64,000 nucleotides of DNA from Lentisphaeria bacterium UBA4640. Lineage in GTDB: Bacteria > Verrucomicrobiota > Lentisphaeria > Victivallales > UBA1829. Below the pieces are notes generated by a model. It worked only from the letters and a program-made list of their open reading frames with translations, was not told where the DNA came from and searched no databases. Shown here piece after piece: positions 37,777-47,257 of the stretch. How positions within the stretch are numbered: the stretch's first letter is position 1; each line of letters opens with the position of its first letter. The DNA lies in assembly GCA_002405835.1 (NCBI GenBank), contig DHMO01000045.1, positions 34,062-98,061 on the forward strand, in the 5' to 3' direction. Made by a program: the position numbers and the translations under genes.

Positions 37777-38612
37777 GTCGCGCACGTCTTTTCCGCAGGA
37801 ACCGAGAGTTCCACATTGAAATGTCTGGTGTAGCGTTCCGGCAGCTTTGCCACGTCGAGAACGATGAAGAAGTCGATGGTTCCGAACAGCGGATCGAAGA
37901 GCGGTTCTCCGCAGATTTTCGCTCCTAGCCGGAGGTATCCTTTGAAGAGCGGGGGGATGAGCGAACGGACGGAGACCACGTTTTTCGCCGCTTCCTCCAT
38001 TTCCTCTGCGGAGGGACGCCGCATGGCATATCCCGGCTGCGGAGTTGCGTGAATGGAATCGGAGAGATTGCCGAGTTTGACGAGATGATCGTAAATCATC
38101 CAGCCGTGCGCGGGATTGGTTGTTTCGAGGCTGACGCATCCGAGAAGATAGCGTTGTCTGCTCCGGTGAATGAGTTCCGAAATTCCGCTCCAGAGGAGCG
38201 CCACGACGGTTCCGTTTCTGGATTCGGGAGCCACACAGGTGCGTCCGACTTCGATTGCGAGCGGAGTGATCGGTTCGAGTCCTTCGATATGGAATTCCTG
38301 TTCGGAATAGAATCCGAGTCTGGAGTGTGCCGCGATTGCGCCGAAATGAATGCGGTAGGTTCCGACGATTTCCCCGTTGTCCTTCCGGACAACGATGAGA
38401 TGGAGACAACTGTCGTCGAATTCATCTTTGTCAATCCCGTCGCGCAGATCTTTGAGTCCTTTTCCCTGTTCGAGGTTGAAGACGCGGTAACGCAGGCGGA
38501 AGACGGCTTCCAGTTCTTCACCGGAGAGAGCGAATTTTATGAGATACTGATCTTTTTCCGCGATAACGGGCGGATCTGCGACGAGTTTTCTGAATTCTTC
38601 CAGACTGTTCAT
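37770..38612 (-). CDS. GNAT-type N-acyl amino acid synthase (OlsB/GlsB-like)
   Basis: 280 aa. FRLRYRVFNLEQGKG...HLIVV...GEIVGTYR...EVGRTCV has the pattern of the OlsB/hemolysin-like Acetyltransf_5 family. It lies directly upstream of the PlsC-like gene. Confidence 0.75.
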   Translation of the reverse strand: MNSLEEFRKLVADPPVIAEKDQYLIKFALSGEELEAVFRLRYRVFNLEQGKGLKDLRDGIDKDEFDDSCLHLIVVRKDNGEIVGTYRIHFGAIAAHSRLGFYSEQEFHIEGLEPITPLAIEVGRTCVAPESRNGTVVALLWSGISELIHRSRQRYLLGCVSLETTNPAHGWMIYDHLVKLGNLSDSIHATPQPGYAMRRPSAEEMEEAAKNVVSVRSLIPPLFKGYLRLGAKICGEPLFDPLFGTIDFFIVLDVAKLPERYTRHFNVELSVPAEKTCATC

Positions 38613-38818
38613 TTTTGACTCTCCCCATGCCTTGTTCCTGGATTTTCAATATTTTCGTTACTATAAACGTTTTTCGGAAAAACTCAAATTGATTTTGTTC
38701 GTTTTCCGTTAAAGTTTTTTATGTTTTCCTCAATTCTTTCATTTTTTCCTGATTCGCGGTTGATTTTTCCTTTTGAACGGCTATCTTGCCTTATCAGCAA
38801 ATGAAAGGAACTGACGCC

Positions 38819-39520
38819 ATGAACGAATGGATTACGGACTTGCTCGCGCTTCAGGATCTCGATATGAAGATCCGCAATCTCAAACTCAGAATCGATACAA
38901 TTCCGGCAGAAAAGAAACGTCTGAATTCACTCGTCAAAGATGCCATGGACGACGTTGAGGTCGCCAAGGACGGCTTGCGCAGAATCGAGCGCAGCATCAG
39001 GGATCAGGAAGGCGAAGCGGAAAAACTCAACGAGGCTTCCCGGAAACTTCTCACGCAGTCGGCGATGGTCAAGAAAAACAACGAATATCAGGCGATGATG
39101 GCGGATATCGAGGCGAAGAAGAAGGCGATTTCCGATATTGAAACAAAAATTCTCGAACTGCTGGATCAGGCCGAAGAACAGCAGAAAAACGTTGCGGCGG
39201 CGGAGAAAGAGCTTGCTGTGACTCAGAAAACCGTCAAAGCGGAAATGACGGATCTCGTCGAGCTCAAACAGGAGCTTGAAGAGGATATTTCGGAAAAACT
39301 CAAACTCCGCAAAGCGTATGAATCCAAAGTTGATACGCAGACCCTCAACGTCTATCATCGCCTGCTTGAGGGCGGAAAAGGCGAGCCGGTCGCGATGATC
39401 AACCAGGGCGTTTGCGGCTACTGCCGTCTCCGCGTCCCGCCGCAGACGGTCAACAATGCCAAGAAGGGAATTCTGACACTCTGCGACAACTGTTCGCATA
39501 TTCTTTATCTGCACAGCTGA
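38819..39520 (+). CDS. Coiled-coil protein with a C-terminal C4 zinc ribbon (COG1579-like)
   Basis: A long coiled coil is followed by CGYC...CDNC. ATG 38819 lies 8 nt after AAAGGAA; ATG 38801 is an alternative. Confidence 0.75.
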   Translation: MNEWITDLLALQDLDMKIRNLKLRIDTIPAEKKRLNSLVKDAMDDVEVAKDGLRRIERSIRDQEGEAEKLNEASRKLLTQSAMVKKNNEYQAMMADIEAKKKAISDIETKILELLDQAEEQQKNVAAAEKELAVTQKTVKAEMTDLVELKQELEEDISEKLKLRKAYESKVDTQTLNVYHRLLEGGKGEPVAMINQGVCGYCRLRVPPQTVNNAKKGILTLCDNCSHILYLHS

Positions 39521-39665
39521 CGATTTGCGGAAAAGTCATGCGCTAAATTGACTGTTTTATGAAGAATCTCAACTGTTCGACTTGCAACTTGTAAACCAGT
39601 CGGTATTGTATCTGATGAATAAAAACGTTCTCAGATGCAAACCGAATTAAAAAAGGAGTACGGTT

Positions 39666-41489
39666 ATGGCAGTGAAAACTCAGAAGAAAACAGTCAAGGC
39701 TGCGCAGACGGCCGGACCGGTGATCAAGGTTGCCGAGCACCCGAAAGTCGGGATTCGTCCCACGATTGACGGCAGAAGAAAAGGGATTCGCGAGTCGCTC
39801 GAAGAACAGACCATGCAGATGGCGCGTTCGGCGGCTGAACTCATCAGCTCCACACTTCGTCATCCGGACGGCGCTCCGGTCGAATGTGTCATTGCGGACA
39901 CCACGATCGGCGGTGTTGCGGAAGCGGCCGCATGTGCGGACAAATTCCGCCGCGAAAACGTCGGAGTTTCCCTGACCGTGACGCCCTGCTGGTGCTACGG
40001 CTCCGAAACCATGGATATGGATCCGCAGACCCCGAAAGCGATCTGGGGCTTCAACGGAACGGAGCGTCCCGGTGCGGTTTATCTCGCCGCAGTTCTCGCC
40101 GCTCATTCTCAGAAAGGCATTCCCGCATTCGGCATCTATGGACGCGATGTGCAGGAGAAGGACGTCAAGGAGATTCCGGAAGACGTCAAGGAAAAAATCC
40201 TCCGCTTTGTGCGCGCCGGACTCGCGGTTGCCAATATGCGCGGCAAGAGCTACCTCTCCATGGGCAGTGTCGCCATGGGTATCGCGGGTTCCATTGTGAA
40301 CCCCGATTTCTTTGAAAAATATCTCGGAATGCGCTGCGAATCGGTTGATCAGTGCGAAATCATCCGCCGCGTTCAGGAGAATATCTATGATCCGGAAGAG
40401 TACAAGCGCGCGATTGACTGGATCAAGAAAAACTGCAAGGAAAACAAGGACATCTACAACGGCAAAGCCGGAAAATCCCGCAAAGAACAGAACGAAATCT
40501 GGGAATTCCTCGCCAAGATGACCATTATCGGCCGTGACCTCATGGTCGGCAACGAAAAGCTCGCGGAAATGGGCTTTGTGGAAGAATCCTGCGGACACAA
40601 CGCCATCGCCGGCGGCTTCCAGGGACAGCGCCAGTGGACGGATTTCATGCCCAACGGCGACTTCATGGAAACGATCCTCAACTCCTCCTTCGACTGGAAC
40701 GGCATCCGCAAGCCGTTCGTTCTCGCAACGGAAAACGACGCCTGCAACGGCGTTGCGATGCTGTTCGCCCACCTGCTGACCTGCACAGCCTCCGGATTCT
40801 CCGACGTCCGCACCTACTGGAGCCCGGAAGCGATCAAAAAGGCAACCGGCAAGAAGGTCAATGTCCCCGGTCTGATTCACCTCATCAATTCCGGCGCGAC
40901 CACGATGGACGCCACCGGCAAGCAGCGCAAAGACGGCAAGCCCGCGATGAAGCCCTTCTGGGAAATCACCGAGAAGGAGGCGAAAGCCTGTGTGGATTCT
41001 GTTGAGTGGACGCCCGCAAACCTCGGTTACTTCCGCGGCGGCGGATTCTCCAGCCGTTTCCTCACGGAAGGCGGAATGCCGCTTACGATGATCCGTCTGA
41101 ACATAGTCGCGGGACTCGGTCCGGTTCTTCAGATTGCGGAAGGCGAGACCGCTGTTCTTCCGAAAGATGTTCATGACAAACTTGACCAGCGTACCGATCC
41201 GGGCTGGCCGACCACCTGGTTCATCCCGAGACTCGATGAAACGAATCCGGCGTTCAAGGATGTCTACAGCGTCATGGCGCACTGGGGAGCAAACCACGGC
41301 GCGTTCTGCTACGGTCACATCGGCGCGGATCTGATCACGCTTGCTTCGATGCTTCGCATTCCGGTCTGCATGCACAACGTTCCCGAGGACAAGATTTTCC
41401 GTCCGTCCGCATGGAACTCTTTCGGCACGAAGGATCTTGAGGGAGCGGATTTCCGCGCCTGCAAGAACTTCGGTCCGGTTTACAAGTGA
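39666..41489 (+). CDS. fucI: L-fucose isomerase
   Basis: 607 aa. [27 protein letters not shown]...[16 protein letters not shown] is colinear with E. coli FucI ([26 protein letters not shown]...[16 protein letters not shown]). Confidence 0.95.
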   Translation: MAVKTQKKTVKAAQTAGPVIKVAEHPKVGIRPTIDGRRKGIRESLEEQTMQMARSAAELISSTLRHPDGAPVECVIADTTIGGVAEAAACADKFRRENVGVSLTVTPCWCYGSETMDMDPQTPKAIWGFNGTERPGAVYLAAVLAAHSQKGIPAFGIYGRDVQEKDVKEIPEDVKEKILRFVRAGLAVANMRGKSYLSMGSVAMGIAGSIVNPDFFEKYLGMRCESVDQCEIIRRVQENIYDPEEYKRAIDWIKKNCKENKDIYNGKAGKSRKEQNEIWEFLAKMTIIGRDLMVGNEKLAEMGFVEESCGHNAIAGGFQGQRQWTDFMPNGDFMETILNSSFDWNGIRKPFVLATENDACNGVAMLFAHLLTCTASGFSDVRTYWSPEAIKKATGKKVNVPGLIHLINSGATTMDATGKQRKDGKPAMKPFWEITEKEAKACVDSVEWTPANLGYFRGGGFSSRFLTEGGMPLTMIRLNIVAGLGPVLQIAEGETAVLPKDVHDKLDQRTDPGWPTTWFIPRLDETNPAFKDVYSVMAHWGANHGAFCYGHIGADLITLASMLRIPVCMHNVPEDKIFRPSAWNSFGTKDLEGADFRACKNFGPVYK

Positions 41490-41504
41490 TCATACCGTGA
41501 ATTT

Positions 41505-41549
41505 TACTCCAGTTCCGTGCTTAATGCCGGGACTGGAGTAAATAGTTTT
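41505..41549 (+). terminator. Rho-independent terminator after fucI
   Basis: A 12-bp stem, TACTCCAGTTCC / GGGACTGGAGTA (one G.U pair), is followed by AAATAGTTTT. Confidence 0.65.
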
Positions 41550-41615
41550 GTACAGATAAAATATCGATTTTTTGTTCTGCTTACGGTTTTCCCCGAATTA
41601 TGCTGAAAGACGGTT

Positions 41616-42671
41616 CTAGTTTTTAATGGCGTCGTTTTTTTCGAGGAGAAAGAGCTGCCAGAAGAATTGGCGGACCGGGTGCGATGGAGTGTCGATCGTG
41701 ACAAAGGCGCTTCCGCCGGGAGTAAGTGTTCGTGTCGGCGGATTCAAAATCCGGATCTGAACGGGGAAACGCTGCGGAAGAAGAAACCATTCGTTTTCCT
41801 TTTCCACCTGCGGAAGTCCCGTGGAGGCGGATACGCGGCGTTCTGCACTCCAGCCGGTCTCCTCGACAACGCCCTCCAGTTCCAGTCCCGGGTACTGCCA
41901 GAGCCAGATTCTGGCATGCTGACCGCGGCGGATGCCGGAGAGTTCGTTCTCCTTGAAGTTCGCCTGAACCCACCATACGGAAGAATCAACAAAACCGAAC
42001 AGGACTTCGCCGGGTTCGTAATATCCGCCCGGAGAGAGCGTCATGTTGGTTACAAAACCGTCGCTGAGCGCCCGGACTACCGTCAGCCCCTGGTTGATTT
42101 TGGCCGTTTCCAACTGAGTTTCCAGATTCCGGATGAGCGCCCGCGCCGACTCCGCGTCGTGAGTCAGGGCTCGAAGTGTGCTCCGGGCGGAGTCCAGCTG
42201 TGCTTCGGCGGCTTCACGGGTATAGCGCTGACCGACGGCATATTCCTGTGAGACTGCAGCTCCGCTGTACATCTGATCTGCGGCATTGGAGAGGTAAACA
42301 GCATTTTTTTTCAGCGCTTCGAGCCGCCGGACATCGGCGCGCCCCGCGTCAATCCGGGCTTCCGTTGCAAGGAGAGCCGCCTTCTGCGATTCAAGTTGAT
42401 ATTCCAGTTCCTTCACTTTCAGCTGATAGGGTGCCTGAAAGATTGTAAAGAGCGGATCGCCCTTCTTTACAAACTGATTGTTGCGGACATGGATTTCCGT
42501 AATGTATCCGGCGACCAGTGCGGAAACGGGACGGGTGTTTGCAATTACAAATGCATTCTGAGTGAACGGCTGAAGATGCCAGTAGAAGTAGTAGGCCGTT
42601 GCGGCGGCGAGAATGGAACACGTCGCGATCATCAGCAGGTAGTGGCGGATCCAGTTGAAGAATTTTTTCAT
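41616..42671 (-). CDS. HlyD-family membrane fusion protein (AaeA-like)
   Basis: It has an N-terminal TM segment, a lipoyl-like hairpin (GYITEIHVRNNQFVKKGDPLFTI), a coiled coil and a beta-barrel domain. Confidence 0.85.
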   Translation of the reverse strand: MKKFFNWIRHYLLMIATCSILAAATAYYFYWHLQPFTQNAFVIANTRPVSALVAGYITEIHVRNNQFVKKGDPLFTIFQAPYQLKVKELEYQLESQKAALLATEARIDAGRADVRRLEALKKNAVYLSNAADQMYSGAAVSQEYAVGQRYTREAAEAQLDSARSTLRALTHDAESARALIRNLETQLETAKINQGLTVVRALSDGFVTNMTLSPGGYYEPGEVLFGFVDSSVWWVQANFKENELSGIRRGQHARIWLWQYPGLELEGVVEETGWSAERRVSASTGLPQVEKENEWFLLPQRFPVQIRILNPPTRTLTPGGSAFVTIDTPSHPVRQFFWQLFLLEKNDAIKN

Positions 42672-43663
42672 GCGGCCTCCTTGTTCTCCGTGCGGCTGTC
42701 CGGAAGAAAGAAATGTTCATAAAGCATCATGATCAAAATCCCGATGACGCTGGCGAGACTGCGCGAACAGAGCATCTGCATGAAGTTCATCGTGCCGCCA
42801 TCGCCTGTTGCAATATCCGCGTAAATCGCAAAAGTCATCAGAAAAATGACCGTGAAGGCAAAGTAGCTTCCCGTATAGTAGAGCAGGAAAAATCCGAAAC
42901 CGCAGATCAGGGGGATAAGATATGTCATGCGGCAGTCGAAATAGGCGAAACAGGCAAGATAGAGTCCGCAGAAGAGCAGTCCCAGCGGTGTGGAGAAAAT
43001 ACGGGTGCGGGCAATTTCGATGGCGTCGCGTCCGGAGTTGACTCCGTTGTAAATCATCGCCATGCTGAACACAATCCAGAGTCCCTGCGGAAAATGAAGA
43101 GCGCGCATCAGGTAGATGCCGAGTCCGTACATGACGGCAATGCGGAGCGCCTGAGTTTTCGTATATGCTCCGGGAAGTTCAAATTCCCATTTGTTCTGAT
43201 AGTGAATAAGCCCGATTGCCGAGGTTGCGAGCATGACCGCCGCTCCGGTGAACATCAGATCGAAAATCCTGCTTGCGGAGGCGTGAAAATTCGGCGGGGC
43301 GGCAAGTCCGATAGTTCCGATCAGAAGAGCCGTCGAAGCGGTGACCTTGCTTCGTATCATGCTGAGCATGAAAAAGATATAGAGTCCAGGAATCAGAACC
43401 TGCAAAAACTTTTCCGGTTCACAGATCCCCAGCAGAAACTGAAGCATTCCGGCATTGAAAAGAGTCTTCAGAGTTACCCGCAGACGGCTTTCGCAGGAGC
43501 GGATGTCGTAGAGCTGTCCGGTGAGGAGAAATGCTCCGCTTACAAGCATGAGGTTGCTGTGCGGCAGATGGAAGAAAATCCAGAAAAAGGCCGCACAGCC
43601 GCCCGCTGTTGTCAGCACAAGTGCGTGATTTACGGAACGGATAAGTTCTCTGTGTTCTGCCAT
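42668..43663 (-). CDS. FUSC/aromatic acid exporter-like membrane protein (AaeB-like, short form)
   Basis: 331 aa and polytopic. It is translationally coupled (ATGA) to the HlyD gene, as in aaeAB-type pairs. Confidence 0.55.
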   Translation of the reverse strand: MAEHRELIRSVNHALVLTTAGGCAAFFWIFFHLPHSNLMLVSGAFLLTGQLYDIRSCESRLRVTLKTLFNAGMLQFLLGICEPEKFLQVLIPGLYIFFMLSMIRSKVTASTALLIGTIGLAAPPNFHASASRIFDLMFTGAAVMLATSAIGLIHYQNKWEFELPGAYTKTQALRIAVMYGLGIYLMRALHFPQGLWIVFSMAMIYNGVNSGRDAIEIARTRIFSTPLGLLFCGLYLACFAYFDCRMTYLIPLICGFGFFLLYYTGSYFAFTVIFLMTFAIYADIATGDGGTMNFMQMLCSRSLASVIGILIMMLYEHFFLPDSRTENKEAA

Positions 43664-43683
43664 TTCCCGCCTCCATTCAAAAA

Positions 43684-44967
43684 TCAGGACCGCATGATGC
43701 GCAGTTCCGGTGTGGCGCCGCTGTCGGTGCGCAGATAAAGAGTCTGGGTCTTGTAGGCAAAATTCAGCTTTTCTTCAGCGAAACGTTTGAGAATTGCCAT
43801 GAAAAGTTCGGTCCGCCAAGTCTCTTCCTGTGCAAAAGATTCCGTTTTGAGCCAGAGGATGACCGTGATGTTCAAAGCGGAATCGGCGAGCTTTGAAAAA
43901 AAGATCCGCGGGGAATATCCGGGACGGTCGGTGCCGTGAAAGTTGTCGGTGATTTCATGGAGAATCTGGATCGCGCGCGTCATCTGTTCCGGCGTGGTGT
44001 CGCAGGTCATGCCGAGATCAAACATCAGTTTGAGATGATTCTTCAGATTGATGTTGCGGACCGGACTGGTGGTGAGCAGACTGTTCGGAAGTGTGTAGAC
44101 GGATTCATCATCGGCGATGATTTTTGTGCTGCGCATTCCGACTTCACAGACAACTCCCTCGATGCCGCCGGTCTGAATGCGGTCGCCGAGTTTGAACGGG
44201 CGGTCGAACAGAATGACGATCGTTCCGAAAAAGTTGGAGAGCGTATCTTTTGCGGCGAGCGCGGCGCCGAGCCCGAGCACACCCGCGCCGGCAAGCAGAG
44301 CGGTGATGTTGATCTTGAAAATGCTCTGTCCGATAAACAGAATCGTCGTGGCAAAAACGAGAATCCGCATGATGTCGCGAAGCACTTTGACCATGAGATC
44401 GTCAAGGTTGTTGTCTTCTCTCTGCGCAAAGTTCCGCAGATGACGGTCGATTACTCCGACGAGGTTCAGTGCCGCCCATGCCGTGATCATGGTGAGTACG
44501 GTGAAGAAAAAGCGGATGTCATACAAAAAAACGGTTCGTTCGAAGCTCGCGAGGATCGGGCAGAAGGAGACGAAGAGGGCGGTTACACCGAGTCCGAGGA
44601 AGAACGGCGCATTGAGTGCGGCGAGCACTTCACGGAGCAGCGGATGACGCGGAGTTTCTTTCTGTTTTCGCAGAAGGCGTCCGCTCACATATCCTCCAAG
44701 CGCAATGACGGCGACGGCAGCAAATGCGGTCAGCAGAGATTTGAGCAGAGTATCACCTTGTGCGGAGAACCAGCGGTTGACGGTTTTTTCCTTCTGAAAG
44801 AAAAAATGTTCCAGCTGATCGGGTGAAAGATCCGCCGGATTGATTCCTTCCGGAACTTTTGCATTCAGCCATTCCGTGCGCTGTCGTTCCAGATTTTTTT
44901 GTTCATTTTCCGCGAATCCGCCCGGCGCGGCAAGCGCCAGCAGGAGTATGAAGATGATAATACGCAT
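43684..44967 (-). CDS. MscS-family mechanosensitive channel
   Basis: It has a signal/TM N-terminus and an MscS beta-domain motif (FKLGDRIQTGGIEGVVCEVGMRSTKI...D...YTLPNS). Confidence 0.85.
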   Translation of the reverse strand: MRIIIFILLLALAAPGGFAENEQKNLERQRTEWLNAKVPEGINPADLSPDQLEHFFFQKEKTVNRWFSAQGDTLLKSLLTAFAAVAVIALGGYVSGRLLRKQKETPRHPLLREVLAALNAPFFLGLGVTALFVSFCPILASFERTVFLYDIRFFFTVLTMITAWAALNLVGVIDRHLRNFAQREDNNLDDLMVKVLRDIMRILVFATTILFIGQSIFKINITALLAGAGVLGLGAALAAKDTLSNFFGTIVILFDRPFKLGDRIQTGGIEGVVCEVGMRSTKIIADDESVYTLPNSLLTTSPVRNINLKNHLKLMFDLGMTCDTTPEQMTRAIQILHEITDNFHGTDRPGYSPRIFFSKLADSALNITVILWLKTESFAQEETWRTELFMAILKRFAEEKLNFAYKTQTLYLRTDSGATPELRIMRS

Positions 44968-45078
44968 GAGAATTCCCCCCGGATTTCATGTTATCGGAAC
45001 CAATATAACATCTGCAGGAGAAATTGCAAATCCTTTTCCCTTGCATTTTCTGTTTTTAATTTTTTTATTTTATTCTTC

Positions 45079-45107
45079 TTGACTTTTTCCTTTTGCTGAT
45101 GTATCTT
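45079..45107 (+). promoter_or_regulatory. Candidate sigma70-type promoter of the 45218-49974 operon
   Basis: The promoter reads TTGACT - 17 nt - TATCTT and lies about 110 nt upstream of the first ATG. Confidence 0.4.
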
Positions 45108-45117
45108 AATATACAAT

Positions 45118-45141
45118 CCGGTTAAACCGGGTTAATTAACC
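45118..45141. promoter_or_regulatory. Candidate operator: two abutting perfect palindromes
   Basis: CCGGTT-A-AACCGG (45118-45130) and GGTTAATTAACC (45130-45141) share the half-site GGTTAA/TTAACC. They lie just downstream of the candidate -10 element. Confidence 0.4.
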
Positions 45142-45217
45142 TTTGAAGAGAGAGTTCTCTGAAAAGTCCCACTGTATTAGAAGCCAAAGTTTGTAACAGG
45201 AAAACAGGAGGTTGGAG

Positions 45218-46492
45218 ATGAGTTTTCACGGATGGAGAAAATCAATGCAACTGTTGCTGCTTGCCGCATTTCCGTTGACAGGAGCGGATTTCAACCCGGT
45301 CGCGGAACGCATTCAAGAGCAGATCATGAACCGTTTTGCCGATTCGCATGGGATTATCACGGATTATCGCGGACTCAATGGAGAAATCGTCCTGCCGACT
45401 CCGGAAGAGTGCGGACGGAACATTCCGAACGCCAAAGGTTACTGGACGCCGATTGAGAACGGCGGGTTCTTTACCGGACTTTATCTGCTTGGACAGTGCT
45501 GGCGGTATCGGCAGGAAAAGTCGGAGAATACACGAATTGTAATCCGGCGGCTGGTTGACGGACTCTGCAAGCTGCAGGATGTGGCAACAGTTCCCGGCTT
45601 CATTGCACGCGGTGTCGGAAGCGATGGCAAGTGCCATCATCCAAGCAGCTCTTCCGATCAGTTTTTCCCGTGGGTGATTGGGCTGGATGCCTATCTTGAT
45701 ACCGATATTCCTTCCGATGCCGAACGCAAAGCTCTGGTGAAACGCCTTGCCGCCTGCGGAGATGCTCTCGAAAAAAACAATTGGCGTCTGCCCGAAGAAA
45801 CAAAGCTGTTCGGTTCTTCCGGAAATCTTGCGGCGGCGAGTTATCATGCCGCTCCGCGGCTGCTTTACTTTCTTCATGTACTTGAGAAACACACGGGAAA
45901 TCCGCATTGGGGAGAGTTGAAAAAACGGCTTTCCGAGGAAAAGTTTTCCGATGGTTCCACGCGCCTTGATGCGATTGCGAAAGGTCCGGGAACGATGATG
46001 TCGGAGTGGCATTGCTGGTGGTTGGTCAACGACCAGTACGCTGTGCGCCGTCTCTTTGAGATTGAGCGAGATCCCGCCGTCCGCAAGCGTTTGGAAACGG
46101 CTCTGAAGGATGCCGCAAAGGCGGCGCGTCCGCTGGTGGCGTTCTACAAAAAATTCAATCCGGAAAAATCTCTGACTTTCTCGGCGGACTGGCATAGGAT
46201 GATGGCTTCCGGACCGCAGCTTCAGCGGAACTGGAAGGAGTTTGAGAAGCTCTATCTTGCTCAGCTTTCGCAGTGGCGCAAGGTCTCTCCGGCAGTTGAT
46301 GCGGAGAAGCGGAGTCTGCTTCCGGCATACAGTGCGGCATGGATCATCGTTTTGAGCGGTGATGAAGAGCAGATTGAGGCGATTCACCCGGATTTGTGCA
46401 GAATGCTTGAGCTCCCGGATTACGCAAAACTTTATTACGCAACATTTTTTTACGCGGAAAACCTGATTTATTTCCTCAATGGAAAGATTTGA
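45218..46492 (+). CDS. Exported hypothetical protein, possibly an alpha/alpha-toroid glycan-active enzyme
   Basis: AGGAGG lies 6 nt before ATG 45218, and the N-terminus is signal-like (MQLLLLAAFPLTGA). The sequence is helix-rich with motifs such as GYWTPIENGGFFTGLYLLG and SDQFFPWVIGLD. I recognised no firm family. Confidence 0.55.
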   Translation: MSFHGWRKSMQLLLLAAFPLTGADFNPVAERIQEQIMNRFADSHGIITDYRGLNGEIVLPTPEECGRNIPNAKGYWTPIENGGFFTGLYLLGQCWRYRQEKSENTRIVIRRLVDGLCKLQDVATVPGFIARGVGSDGKCHHPSSSSDQFFPWVIGLDAYLDTDIPSDAERKALVKRLAACGDALEKNNWRLPEETKLFGSSGNLAAASYHAAPRLLYFLHVLEKHTGNPHWGELKKRLSEEKFSDGSTRLDAIAKGPGTMMSEWHCWWLVNDQYAVRRLFEIERDPAVRKRLETALKDAAKAARPLVAFYKKFNPEKSLTFSADWHRMMASGPQLQRNWKEFEKLYLAQLSQWRKVSPAVDAEKRSLLPAYSAAWIIVLSGDEEQIEAIHPDLCRMLELPDYAKLYYATFFYAENLIYFLNGKI

Positions 46493-46513
46493 ACATAAAA
46501 AGGAGACCACACC

Positions 46514-47257
46514 ATGTTTTACAGAAAGAAACTGAATTTCACCCTTATAGAACTGCTCGTTACGATTGCCGTAATTGCAATCCTTGCCGGCATGCTTCTT
46601 CCGGCGTTGAACAAGGCGCGGGATACCGCATACGGCGCATCGTGTCTCTCGAACCTGAAACAGCTGGGAACGGGGATGGATATGTATATCGGGGACAGCG
46701 ACGATTTTTATCCCATGCTGAGATATGCAAATCCGGCTTCAACGGCGGATTATGATACGACTATTTTCTGGGGGTGGACGCTCGCAACGGGGAAATACAT
46801 CACGGCTTCTGTGGCGCTTTGTCCCGCCCGCAAAAATGCCGCGGAGAATTACTATTCAACAGGTTTGCGTTCGAAGAATCCGGTTTCAAGACCGAATTAC
46901 TGGTATGCAACGGAGTATGGGGCTAGTGCAAGACTCCTTCCGGATAACAATTTTAATTACAAAGTCAGGAAAAACAGTCTGAAACGCCCGTCGACAACCA
47001 TTTTGATGGCGGATTCCGTCAGAAAAGCGACGACTGGTGAGCTGTTCGGCTTTTTCGGCATTTATGCACCATCCAACTTCAGCAGTCTGACGAATGGTGC
47101 TTTCTGGCTCGCTCACCGGAACAATACGCAGGTGAATATTGTTTATGCGGACGGGCATACCGGAAATGTCGTTTCCAGAGTGCCCGGTGAAGAAGGCGTG
47201 ACGGAGCTCTATCAGACCACCTTGAAAGATGAACACATGTACTGGAATTTGAAATGA
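46514..47257 (+). CDS. Type IV pilin-like (prepilin N-terminal cleavage/methylation domain) protein of the DUF1559/H-X9-DG style
   Basis: The N-terminus is [27 protein letters not shown]. The C-terminus, [20 protein letters not shown], resembles the H-X9-DG signature, although the spacing here is longer (H-x11-DG). Confidence 0.85.
   Translation: MFYRKKLNFTLIELLVTIAVIAILAGMLLPALNKARDTAYGASCLSNLKQLGTGMDMYIGDSDDFYPMLRYANPASTADYDTTIFWGWTLATGKYITASVALCPARKNAAENYYSTGLRSKNPVSRPNYWYATEYGASARLLPDNNFNYKVRKNSLKRPSTTILMADSVRKATTGELFGFFGIYAPSNFSSLTNGAFWLAHRNNTQVNIVYADGHTGNVVSRVPGEEGVTELYQTTLKDEHMYWNLK

Noticed and set aside
37777-38409. Arg-rich N-terminal extension of the PlsC-like ORF (468-aa version).
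   Set aside because: It overlaps the GNAT (OlsB-like) gene out of frame. The acyltransferase domain with its N-terminal membrane anchor starts at MLSFFRK (ATG 37776).
44990-45060. Imperfect inverted repeat GAAATTGCAA-N11-TTGCATTTTC upstream of the MscS gene.
   Set aside because: It has one mismatch in 10 bp within T-rich promoter DNA, so it is not distinguishable from chance by eye.
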